From: Balanoglossus misakiensis
Lineage: Eukaryota; Animalia; Hemichordata
Assembly: GCA_040954595.2 (NCBI GenBank)
Contig: CM082584.2
Span: forward strand, 11,188,552 to 11,252,551
Length of the DNA stretch: 64,000 bases
Direction of reading: 5' to 3'
Each line of letters opens with the position of its first letter. Position 1 is the stretch's first letter. The notes under the pieces are model-generated. The model saw only the letters and a program-made list of their open reading frames with translations, had not been told where the DNA came from and ran no database searches. This document shows positions 25,452 through 37,659 of the stretch, piece after piece. A program made the position numbers and the translations under genes.

Positions 25452-27922
25452 TCATATAAGTTGATTGGTCAATCCGATACCTTGACACTCAATCATATTT
25501 CTGTCAGTTCCAGTGACAGGTGTAATTGTAAATTTTGCCTGAAAAATAAGACAGGCATATTTTATAAAGTCTGACTTCAAATATGTCATTGTTTGAAGAT
25601 TGTAAGGTTGTTTCTGATTAGTCACTACACGCCAGTCACGAGCATTTCCCAGGCACTTCGCACATTCTCACATCAACAGTTTCTTGATTCAAATACACAT
25701 TTTTCCCACAATACTCCTACGGTAAGAATCATAACAGACAATACCTGGGTGAGCATTTCAGCCACAGCGATTGCAGTTTCCGTGTGAAGCGTGATAGGAC
25801 CACTCAGCACTTGCGATTTGCCCTTGGCAAGTGCCATGAAGATGACCAACTAAAATGAGAGAAAAAAGACAAAAAAAACACAAATAAACAACTACAAGGC
25901 ATCAATTCCTGTTACATGTAGCACACTGAATTTCATTGTTACCAAGAAAATTGTAATTTCTGCCTACAGGAAACTTGCCATAAATATAATAGGAGAAAAA
26001 AGAATGCATTCTGACCTGATCTTGAAGATATTCATCCACACAGCCACCATACTGCAGATTTCGCACCAACATGTCTGCTGCATTCTGGCCAACCTGCTGA
26101 GCCGGCACACCTGGAGTGATTTCAAAATTACCAAATATCTCAATCAAAGATTTATTACCGGTAATGAACAAACTGACAAACGAATGTCATATATTTATAT
26201 CAGGTCACTTTGTAAGCAGACAATGTGAAAGATAACTCGACCCATTTCAGAGGAACCACAAAATGATTTTGCAGTGCATCAGACACAAACCTTTTTTCCC
26301 AAGAGCAGATCCTGCCAGTAAACAACCTGTGCTTGTCTCGGCGACAACACTGCAGAGAAGGGGAAAAAGTCAACCAGGTTATATTCAGACCAGAAAATCA
26401 TCAGTGTGCTTGGTGATTTCTCTAATACATTCTTCCAAGCATGCGTTGGAAGACAGACAGAAGAGATTTTCATATACATGAACATGTACTCACATAATTC
26501 CTGTTCCATTTCCAAACGCTGCATTTTTGGGCTCTTGAACCGCATCTATGTGGACTGAGACGTCTCTGTACTGTCTTTTCAGGATGTCCATAGCAACACC
26601 AGCCATTTGATGTGCAATCTGAATGAAAGTAAAACACACTGATTTGATCCTGTCTGTCCATACAGCGCAGATACTCAGAATGCAAATTGAAGCATACAGA
26701 CATTCAGAGACAAAAATGACAATACAACAGTACACAAGTGGACAATACTCCATAGAATATTTACTTACTTTGATCGGTAAGACACCAGCAACAAAAGCCC
26801 TTCCAAAAATCCTAGAGACTTTTCCCACTTCAGTAAGTATGACCGGCTGCAGTTGTTTGGCAGGGGTGGTGGTGACAATGACTTCACCCCCTCCCTTGGG
26901 GTAGTAACCTCTGAGAAAGCAATTAGTAGAGGCAGACATGTCAAGAACGTTTGGAATTTCACATGCTGTAAATGAACCCCGGGACAATCAAGGCTAGTGT
27001 ATGTGGTAGATCTTACCTTTTTTTAACATTACAGGTATACTTGATACCAAATCTTTCAGCAATTGGATGGAATACCTGTCAAAAAAACCATAAAGTAGAA
27101 ATTAGACAACTGATCTCCATGAAATCACCAGTGCTGTCAAAGTATTTTGACAATGGAAAGCACACGTAGAACATCACAACTGGGTAACTGTTCCTATGTT
27201 TTAGTACACATTTGTACTATCCATGGCTGTCTTACCATATTAGTGTAATCAATTTGAGGTGCCATTTCCGCATTGGTTCCACCCCGTAAAATCATCTGAC
27301 TAGTTGCTGCTCCATACAACATACACGGGATGGCTGACTGCATCAGTAAACACACACTCCTGTTGAAAGTAATCAACACATTGCATATACTGCCGTACTG
27401 TTATGTTACTAGGTGGATTACCCATTAAAATCCTATTCTTCAAAGCCCATGGCAAACCAGATCCTAATGAGACACTCATAATCCAAATAACATGATCCAT
27501 ACAGAGATGTTTAAACATGCATCTCTCAGGAACTATTTTTAGTGTGACTCTCCTACCCTGCAGTCTTGGTATCGGCCAGGAATCTGTTGGACTGGATTGT
27601 TGATGGGACAAGTGTAATCTCTGTTGAACCAACACTGTCTCCATGGAGCCTTCCGCCACACAGATCACGAATCAGTTGGAGTCCTGTCATGTGTTGAGGC
27701 CTGAATAACAGAAAAAATATGTTGGAATGAATTGTTCAAAACAGGGACAATTACGGGCATTTGAACAATAGGAAATCCGTACAGTATGTGTAATTGCACT
27801 TACCTAAGGCCAGGATTGCTTCTTTTAGCTCTGATATTATTTACAGTGATTGGCTGGCAGAGAATGCAGCTAAGGGCCGATGCTATTCTCAAAATTTGAC
27901 CTCCCTGACAAAACAAATCAAT

Positions 27923-27998
<76 letters not shown>

Positions 27999-28249
27999 AC
28001 AACAACAACAACAACAATATCATCATCATCATCATCATCAACCAATCAATCAATCAATGCGGCTCTAAGAATATATGCGCCATGTACCAGCAGCATGTAG
28101 TACATCTATAGAGCAACTGCATCTTGCTGCAGTAATGTTTTGACGACTCAGCGTGTGTAAACAATAAACTGTAAACAGAACATGCATGTGCATAGACTTA
28201 CTCCTTCCTTCAGGTCGCCGTCAACAACGATTGGTTCATTTGACGCCAT
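25452..28249 (-). CDS. RTCA: RNA 3'-terminal phosphate cyclase
   Basis: [16 protein letters not shown]|[12 protein letters not shown]...[11 protein letters not shown]|[81 protein letters not shown]. Confidence 0.95.
27922..28057. repeat. Compound microsatellite (CAT)n-(CAA)n-(CAT)n followed by (ATCA)n, in RTCA intron 1
   Basis: About 25 CAT units, 6-7 CAA units, about 7 CAT units and then CAATCAATCAAT, read directly from the sequence. Confidence 0.95.
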
Positions 28250-28654
28250 TTTATCAGCGCTGATAACCCGTTGTAACGGTGAATGTGACGAGATTCCTTG
28301 CTGTCTCTGTCACTCTTTCCTCGTTTGGTATTGCATAGCGTTCGCGCAACCCCTTCGATGATCCCGGCCAGTGGGCGTGGCACTATGTGTATGGTGGGGT
28401 CATAGAGAAGGTCATTTAGCATGAACGGCGCATAAGTCGTGTCACTTGTGTAAAGGTCAGATTATTTATTTATTTTTGTGTTATTGTTCAATTGATAAAA
28501 TCTTAAATTTGTCAAATGCTGCATTATATACATTTTAAAATTATTTCTTTGGAAGAGCGAAGCTGCTAAACTCGCTGTTGTGATTGGTTGGTTCGTGTGG
28601 GCCTGGCTCTATATCAGCGCGCTGACCCTGCGCAATACCGCACTTTCGATTGCA
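28250..28654. promoter_or_regulatory. Probable bidirectional promoter between RTCA and DBT
   Basis: The divergent ATGs are 405 bp apart, with a reverse CCAAT box (TGATTGGTTGG) at ~28581. Confidence 0.6.
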
Positions 28655-31600
28655 ATGGCTGCCGTGCGTGGAAGGTTCCCATTCCTCCTAGCTGTTAGCA
28701 GACCGCACATACGCCAGTCGTCAGCGGTAAGCTTTAAGTTTCTGTGTTTAGTTAAGCGATTCAGAAATATCGCTAGAAAGCTTGATTTGTCCGCTTTGTG
28801 AACGAGGTTATCAAACCATCGACCGATCACAATACCGGCAATCGACACCTGGCTACTAGATAGAGACCCCCTCCCAGGGTCTATGCTGCAACGAAGGTCG
28901 ACGGCCTATTAACCCAAATCAAGTGGTCCACTGCTGTCCGATCGTTGTTTTCTGTAGGATTTTGTGCCGACACAGACAGCTAAAGAGCTAATCAAACCAG
29001 GTTAATCGGTGGACAAAACAAGATGTTTGAACGCGCTATATGACCCGAATTAAAGTACATGTACATACTGTTATCTTGTTGCAGCACCAGCTACTCAGAC
29101 CTGTCAGCAATGTTGCCGGTAAAAGAAGCCAGTACTGTTTCTTAGGTGCTACTAAAACAGGGCAGGGGAAATGTGTGCATCACTTGAGAGCGTTTCAAGC
29201 AAGATCCATTGCACCTAGGCTCTTACACACCACGTCTGTCTGCCAGGGAGAAATTGTACAGTTTAAGTTAGCTGACATTGGCGAAGGCATCAGAGAGGTG
29301 ACCTTGAAAGAATGGTAAGGGAATTATAGACTTTGTTTGTCATAATGACAGTTTTGCAAATTCCTGATATCTACTTTCAATCTTCTTAAATGTAAACACT
29401 GTTTTATGCACAAATTGTTGCTGTCTGGCGGTTATTCTTCATAATCATCCAATTGTTGATCTTTTGTTCAGGTATGTCGCTGAGGGGGATCACGTGAACC
29501 AGTTCGGCACCATATGTGAAGTCCAGAGTGACAAGGCGTCAGTCACCATCACCAGTCGCTTTGACGGCAAAATAGTCAAGTTGCACTATGAAGTAGAGGA
29601 CACTGCACTCGTGGGAAAGCCACTGGTAGATATTGAATTGAGTGGCGATGCAAAAGGTAACATGGACAGTGTAGATGATGACTTTTATATCATAGATAAG
29701 TTATCACATTAGTAATAGATTACACTCTGCAATCTGCTTGAATTATATTGTTGCCTGTACTTGCACAGTCATAAAAAGTACAGACCACAAATCAATTCAA
29801 GTAGAAAGACCAACTGATCTTCTGTGAAATTTGTTTAGAAATGGCTGATGAGGATGTATCCAGTGATTCTGACTCCGACGTCGAGATCAATAGCCAGACG
29901 GAGCAAATACTGAAAGGCCAGAAAGTGCCGGCGACACCAGCCGTACGCAGGATAGCCAAAGAACATGGAGTGAGTAATTGATAGCTTGTTGACCTTGAAT
30001 GCCCTTTGACCTTTGGTGATCTGTGACATCATTATCTCGCGCCCCTGCACTCATTCAAGAATGTAAAATAAAAGTGCCTTGTTAAAGTATTTGTTAGTAG
30101 TACGTATATGCAAGGCGAGAGACGATGAAAAAAATGAAGGCAAAAAAGAAGGTGGAATTTATTTTCTATGTGGTAACGTTTGTATTCAGATAAACCTGGC
30201 AGACATTGTGGGAACAGGCAAAGGTGGTCGTATTCTGAAAGAAGACATTCTGAGGCGTGTGTCGGAGCAGTTTGCTGGAACTGTGCCAGGTACAGTCACT
30301 TATGTATGATTGATATAGCAGTACATACACTGCAAGTAGCAGAAATATATAGTGCTGCAGTGTAGACTTCAAGCTAATTCTAGTGACTTTCATCAGCACA
30401 CAATAGGAATTTCATGATACAGTTGACATACACGAGATTTTTGTTTTTGGCTTGAATAGATCATCTTCAAGAAATCATGCCGCCACCACCAGCACCAGCA
30501 GTGGCAACCCCAGCAAAGGAGAAGCCAGCGCAACCAACAGCCAAACTGGCACCCACAGTGGCAGCGCCACCACCGAGACCAGTGGCCGCGGTGGGCAAGG
30601 ACAAGACTGTGGAGATCAAAGGTTTCCAGAAGGTCATGGTGAAGACCATGACGGCCGCAAACCAAGTCCCGCATTTCGGATACTGCGACGAGATCGATGT
30701 CACAGAGCTTGTCAATCTGCGAGGAAGGATGAAGGAATACGCAGCAGCCCGAGGCATTAAAATGACCTACATGCCTATATTTATCAAGGTGGGGGCACCA
30801 TGTTAATAAGTAGTTTTCATCTGTAAAATTAGTCGAGTAAACATAACTCTTGTTTTGAAATATTTCTTGAAAATTAATGTCTTTTGTGGTTATGTTTTCA
30901 GGCTGCATCCATGGCACTACTCCACTTTCCAATTTTGAATGCACACACAGATGCAAAATGTGAACATCTAATTTATAAGGTGAGCTAAATAGATTGTACC
31001 ATGATTGTATTAGATAAACCCAACACGCTTGAAATCCTATATTTAATTTTTCTTGTCCTTTTGGCCCCACAGGCTTCTCACAATATAGGAATTGCCATGG
31101 ACACCGCCAATGGCCTGATAGTGCCAAATATCAAAAATGTCCAAACACTGTCAGTTTTTGAAATTGCTGCTGAATTGAATAGACTACAGACGCTCGGTAA
31201 AACTGGCAAGCTAGGAACACCTGACCTGACTGGCGGAACTTTCACTCTGTCTAATGTCGGACCTGTAAGTACTTTTGTGACAAGATGCAATATTTTGGCA
31301 TCATACCCTTATCTGAGTCCTGAAGTCAGTCCACCAAGGCTTGTCCAACCATCCTGTGCGGTTTTAGCACCTACGATCATCGGTCATGAACGAGGAGACT
31401 TTTTTGTTATAAGAACAAACCAAGAAATCAAGAGTGTCTCTACTCTTCTGTACTTACACTTTACCTTTACCCTTACAGATTGGTGGAACCTACGCTAAGC
31501 CACTCCTAGTACTTCCCGAAGTAGTGATTGGTGCACTTGGAAGGATACAGGTAATGTCACCAGGAGACCTTGTGATGCCCTAGAGCAAAAGGCTCATAAT

Positions 31601-31879
31601 TTGAGGGCACACTCCATATTAAAAACTTTTATGCTGTTCTCATTGCTTTATAATGTGAAGCCATCACTCCAGTGCAGCAATACCTTCATTGTCTCCTTTT
31701 CCATTTTCCAGACTGTGCCAAGATTTGACGAAGACGAGCAGCTGTACAAAGCTCATCTGGTGCGAGTCAGTTGGTCGGCCGATCATCGAGTGATAGATGG
31801 TGCCACCATGGCTCGCTTCTCCAACGTCTGGAAGTCGTACGTGGAGGATCCGGTGACGATGGTCTTCGACTTGAAATGA
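28655..31879 (+). CDS. DBT: Branched-chain alpha-keto acid dehydrogenase E2 (dihydrolipoamide branched-chain transacylase)
   Basis: Mitochondrial-type leader [20 protein letters not shown]. Lipoyl domain [18 protein letters not shown]|[22 protein letters not shown]1/E3-binding region [13 protein letters not shown]|[20 protein letters not shown]. Catalytic region VPHFGYCDE...[22 protein letters not shown]. Stop at 31877-31879. Confidence 0.97.
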
Positions 31880-33089
31880 TGCTCTTAGGCGTGGTTGAGT
31901 CAGAAAGGTGGACAGCTGCAAACAATGCACAATACAGACGACACAGGAATGTAGAAGTTACTTCCCTGAACCCAGATGGCGCACAAGTGGAGGAACACTT
32001 GTAGTGTGTAACCAACAAAGATCGGAGGTGCTCAAACACTGCTACAGATTTTACAAAAACGAAAAGAACCACACATTACCCGGTCAAAAAATATCCATGT
32101 CACCGCACAGCCACACGTCCAGACGCAATGCAAATAAGAGATTCACCTTTCACCTTTAGCTGAGGCCAGTCTTAGCAGCTGTGCCATCATTTCTAAGTTA
32201 TTATATTCCCCAAGTCCCCAAACGGGACATAAAACTGAAACCTCTTGTATATATTGTAAGAATATAGCAGTTTGAAGATTGCATGTAGGATAGAACTTTA
32301 TGGAGTAATAACCTTGTATTTACCCAGTGTCTTTCAGAAAAGACAAAAATAGAATCAGTTTTGCGACAGAAGAAAAAAAATTATGGTAGTGATTTATTAT
32401 AAGGGCATTGAGAATCTGTCTTGATAATCATAACTTTTACTGTGTATCCAGTGGCTTGAGATTTTTTTTACCGGTGAAAAAATTGTCCCTTTGATGATTA
32501 CAATGGAATCATATGCTCTGTTCAAAGTGACCAGTTCTGATCAAACCACTCCACTCCTCACGATGAATTTGTATTTTGCTTTCAAATAATTTTGGTTTGA
32601 ACTATTTTGTGTCATGTTACCTCTGTAAGCTAACGCTAAGCTTTGTGAAAGCAGCTTAACTTCTCCTGAGGACAACTTCTGTTTTGAATAGACTTTTGTT
32701 TGCCATGTATTGTACCATTTCAGTATTTTATTTTCTGTGAAAGTGACATCTCAATAAAATCAGAGGACAGAAGAAAAAGTTATCCATATTGTCCTTCGTC
32801 GTCTTTGCTAACAACCGATTCAAAAGCCCAACCTTGTAAAAAAAGTACGAGTTATCTGACACCCCTACATTGTTACTACAGGACGGAAACTACACACATG
32901 GATGCAATGTAAAAATGTAAATTATGGGGAATATGGCAGTTGTATACGACGAACTATGTTAGGGAAAAATACGGAAGCTGTTCTGTAAAAGCTAATTATA
33001 GACAATAAAAAAGAGACAGGGAAAGTGAAGGGACTCAATTTAGGCTTTGTTGGATTTGACGCTGCCCAGTGATAAAAACAAAAGAAAAT

Positions 33090-35699
33090 CTACCAGGCAA
33101 TGCCACCTGTGAGGTCCTTCACCACGCCATACTTCACCATATCCTTCAGGAACTGTTTCTCACTGTCAATGTCATGTGTAGAGAGAACAAATGCCGTGTC
33201 CATCGTCATGTCTTCGTAGTAATGTACTCGGGAGTGTGGTTCATTTGGGTTGTACCCAAATCCCGCAACGGCAACCTCGTCGCACACTGTCATGGCCGCC
33301 ATGATGGATATGGTGCCCATCGTCGGTACATTCTGTTGGCAGAATATAGAAGGAATAAAAACAGCATATTTTCGTTTAATTTTTTGCACGGATGGCCGCT
33401 GTAACGAACTTCAGCGAGAGTCCTTGAGCTCGAGAACGGTTCTAACTCCTCCTAAGTCAGGAATATCGAATGAATTGCGCACGAGATATTTGTCTTTAAA
33501 AGTTGGTTGATTCGCGTCGATAATATTTCTTCCAGTGTGAGTGAGTGTGGGCAATAAAATGCGGCAAAATTTGCCCGTCATTTTATATCATACACGTTTT
33601 AGTTTTTAAACTTTTAAAAGTGTTTAAAACTAGTCATTCAAGGTAACAACATTACAAGGTCCTTGCAACAACAAAATGCAATCGAAAACCTAACAAAACT
33701 CGCCTTGTATTTTCTTCCTTTGTTCACAGGGAATTTGACGAGATCGAATGCCGTGTGACTGACGATCTCAGGATTCAGAATACGGAAATGACTTTTGGGG
33801 ATAGGTACACTCTTTGCTATTCTTGGTCGCCAATATCCTATCCAAGACTGCAACAAAATGTAATGATATTACGTAGGCTTGAGTTTTCTCGTGGGGCAAT
33901 TGGTTATCATTACACTTTTCACGTCTTCTTACCACCACTGCTTCCACCATAAGAATGAATTACATTTAATACTAGAAAATAAATTGATCATCGATTCTCA
34001 CCACAGGTTTCCTGGTGGCAACTCGTTCCAGCCACTCCAAATCTTTCGACTTGAACGGCACCAATACAAAAATTTCCCCTGGATCGAACTCTCCAGGATC
34101 TTGCGGGGCGCCCTCTGGGTACGACATTCTAATCGTCGTTTTGGCACCGACATCGTTTTCAAAACACCTTGTCGGTCCACCATTGACTCTATAGATAAAA
34201 ATGACGAGAGAGTTTTTCAACTTTTGTTGAGATTTGCCACTCAAATAAACGATGTGCATGCATTACTGGATTTTGAAAATACCAATCAACACCAACAATC
34301 TTACTTTCTTATTCACCTTATGACGACGTCATATGAATCGATTTCCACACCTTTGCCACTGTTGGCGAGGATTCCGCCGCTACCAACCACAACGCACTTC
34401 TTGCAGCCCGTTCTGAGAAGGGGGGAATTCATAGCTGTATGAATATACTTTCGTCATTCATTTAGGCCTCATCTCATGCAACGTACAAATCATTACGAAC
34501 TTCCATGACAGTAAGTAGGCCTGAACAGCTGAAGCACACAGTTGGATGTCAGCCATATTGGATCACATCGCTGTGATGTTCACCTGACATAATTGCAGAG
34601 ATCAGTTCAAACGTATAAGTCAAGGAATGCGTCTGTTATAGACACCACTGTGTGGCACGTAACGTCTGTACATCTGCGTTGCCAGGATGCGAAGTTGCAT
34701 CGAATAAAGAACAGACCCACCTTAATAATTCTTTGGGATAGGTCGTCTCTGTGACGGTCCCTAACAAATCGTCAATTTCACTTTCTGTGGGAAAATAAAC
34801 ATATCGCATTTGTATTGTTAGCGTCTTTCAAAATATTTTCGGTGCGATTAAAATGAGCATGACTTGTGTGCCATGTGACAAATGACGAACCAACTGGCAC
34901 TTGAGGTGCGATCTTCAATTTTGTGCTGATGTGGGTAACTGTCCTACCGTGTCCCCGGACGCCGAATGGCAAGCCGTACTCAGCCGCGCCCGCCCACGTC
35001 TTGTAGCCATTGGTTACGAACAGCGGCAGGGTACTTTTAAATCTGTCAGAATTCACACAAAGAAAGCATGGAATGAGACAGCGCAACAGACATGAGAACC
35101 CACTTCACTGTTCTGGAATGAGTTACAGTGAATGCCACGGAGCCACCTCTAATTTAGCTTCCAACCCCAGAAACTTATTCTTCAATATATATGATAACTC
35201 AACTCACGTTTCCCTGAATTGCTTCATTTTTATCAGTGATCTGAGCTGTTGGCACTGTTCCTGTGTATCCCGGCTGAAATAAAGATGGAAGATTTTAATA
35301 CCTTGCATCATGCATATCAGCACAACATGCCGGGTAGTTATTTGAAATGGCATATTTCAGAATTATCGCAGTAATAGTGGTACTCACAAGTGAGATAAAT
35401 TGGCAGCCAATGCCAACGATTTCTTGCTTAATTCTGTAAAAAGAAAAACGTGTAAAAACTATGAAATGTGTCGACGCGTCACTTACAGAATTCGTCGGAT
35501 GATTGATATGTCGTTCAGCATATATAAATATATATATATACTTACCCCTATCATGGGTCTCTAGGTTACATGGGTACTGTACTGTGCGATAGGTGACCTC
35601 GAAGTATACTTTATATCCTACAACTAAAATTCCGTTGGCCAAGCTGAAAAGCAGCAGCATTTTTGCGAAAGTGACGTAACGTCTCAACCTGAACCTCAT
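33090..35699 (-). CDS. GT29 alpha-2,3-sialyltransferase (ST3Gal3/4/5/6-group-like)
   Basis: Type II transmembrane N-terminus. LPFGVRGH stem motif. Sialylmotif [31 protein letters not shown]|[25 protein letters not shown]. Motif [26 protein letters not shown]. Motif III HYYE. Motif VS HDIDSE. Ends DLTGGIAW*. Confidence 0.92.
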
Positions 35700-37094
35700 C
35701 TTACCAGCGGTTTAGTACAGCTCGTTCAGAAAGAAAACAGCGTACCTGAAACACAAACGGTTTATTTTCCCTTAGAAAACCTATACAGGAAAAGTGGGTC
35801 GGGGCGGAGGTAAATACTATACCCTGGAACTATATTGGTGTGTCTGGCTGGTCCGACTGGGCCCACTTTTCACGCCAGATTTACGAGTGAATAGTAACTT
35901 TAGAGAGAAAAGGGTTACGTTCAGATTTACGAGTGGGTCAGTCAATTCTAATTATACTAGTAGTTTGGTTTAGAAACGGATACACTTGTAGTCACCAACG
36001 CCACATGATTCAAATTATGTCGTTCAGCGACCTCGACCAGAACAGGTGACCGAAACATAATATTCTAATTATAGATTGTTGAAAAGAGGAACTCGTCTCG
36101 CGGATATGCTAAATTAATATAATAACCGTCTGGTTCCAAGCCTCGGTGCTTGATAAAATTAATCATACCGAAAATGGTAATAGTCTCTGTCCTCTTGGTA
36201 TGTCGCAGCACAGTCTCCCAACTTCAAGAAACGGACTGTGGTCGCATGTACTAGCGCGTCTTAGGCGTTCCTTCCATATACAATGAACTGAACAAACTCA
36301 AGTACACTTAGTAACGTTTCCAAGCTTTTGCAATACAACGTGTAATCAAAATATCTGTTACTTACATATACGCCCCTGGCAGCCGACCAAAACACATAGC
36401 ATGGAGCTATACCTCTTTGGTACCTCCATGCACATACTGAGTACGTACAACACTGCTGAACGAGAGGTTGCCGAACACGTCGCAGTGAACGGTGTCTGTT
36501 GACTGGTGGTGGAACGGGAATCCCAGTGCCGCAAGATGTTCCCACGTCAACTGTGACTGGTAGAGTCACCCTGGGTGTTGATAATTGACCATGTAGAAGC
36601 TAAATGGACGTGTTGTTGTGGCTTTTCCAAATTGGATCAAGTGAACTTTGCCAATGCGCTGTTTACTATTCACTTCGTCAGCCACGTCGGGCGACCCGTG
36701 TCTGTCGAATATTAACTAAACCATGACACCAGTTGAACTTTGGTCATCGCCGGCCTCTTTACGATTCGCATAGTCTAAATATGCAAGTTATCGTTACATA
36801 TTCAACAGTTAAAATGGCACTCGCCAGCCAAAATCTAAATTAAACTTTTTTTACCGACCACTAAAATTCCGCAATAATCATTATTATGTCAGAATTCCAC
36901 ATTTCGACAGACACAAAATACAATTTATTAAAAGTTGTTGTAATAAAAACCAAAACCAAGAAAGGTCAGAGTTCAAATATTTAATTGAAAGTGTAAGTGG
37001 CGAATTCGGGGAACAACTTCTGTTATTTTTATTTCCACTTTCCTAGGCTAATTTATTTTTTTTCAATTGCGTGACAACACACTGAAGTAAGCAA

Positions 37095-37176
37095 GACGAG
37101 GTGGCCGAGTGGTTAAGGCGATGGACTGCTAATCCATTGTGCTCTGCACGCGTGGGTTCGAATCCCATCCTCGTCG
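37095..37176 (+). tRNA. tRNA-Ser (anticodon GCT)
   Basis: GACGAGGTGGCCGAGTGGTTAAGGCGATGGACTGCTAATCCATTGTGCTCTGCACGCGTGGGTTCGAATCCCATCCTCGTCG has A and B boxes, a long variable arm and a GCT anticodon, followed by a T-run Pol III terminator. Confidence 0.97.
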
Positions 37177-37659
37177 CCATATTTTTTAGCACGCAGTCTC
37201 AATTTCAACGCAAATTTCAAGGTCACTTTCAGCTATACAGTTGGACCTGTCTTCACACTCTTAACTTTTTCTCTCCGAAGTAAAAGTAAACAGCATGCTT
37301 AGTCATCCAGTGCATGCATGCAAGACAATACCACATCAGGTTACATGGGATCGCGCATTTTTGCATTGATCCAGGGGTTTGCCGAATTTTTAAAATTAAA
37401 AATAATGAGTTGGCAAGAGTTTTATCACATTTTGCCAAACTGTCAAACCATGTGATTGTCTCGAAATATCACATCAGTATGGTGACATAGTTATTAATAG
37501 CGCAGTCATGCTTAGTTACGTAAAAATGTGTGAATTCGATGAGTGATACATGGCGCCCTCTATAGTCTCTGCATACACCTGTTGTACATAAAAAATGTTC
37601 ATTCCACAAAATGATCATATTGGAAGTTTTGCTTTCTTTAATTTGTTCTTAGTTGATGG

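Noticed and set aside
27794-28111. Poly-Ile, poly-Asp and poly-His ORFs
   Set aside because: These are translations of the intronic (CAT)n microsatellite.
30393-31127. 244-aa minus-strand ORF
   Set aside because: It is an antisense shadow of DBT exons and introns with no recognisable domain.
37101-37283. 60-aa ORF MAEWLRRWTANPLCSARVGSNPILV
   Set aside because: It is a translation of the tRNA-Ser gene.
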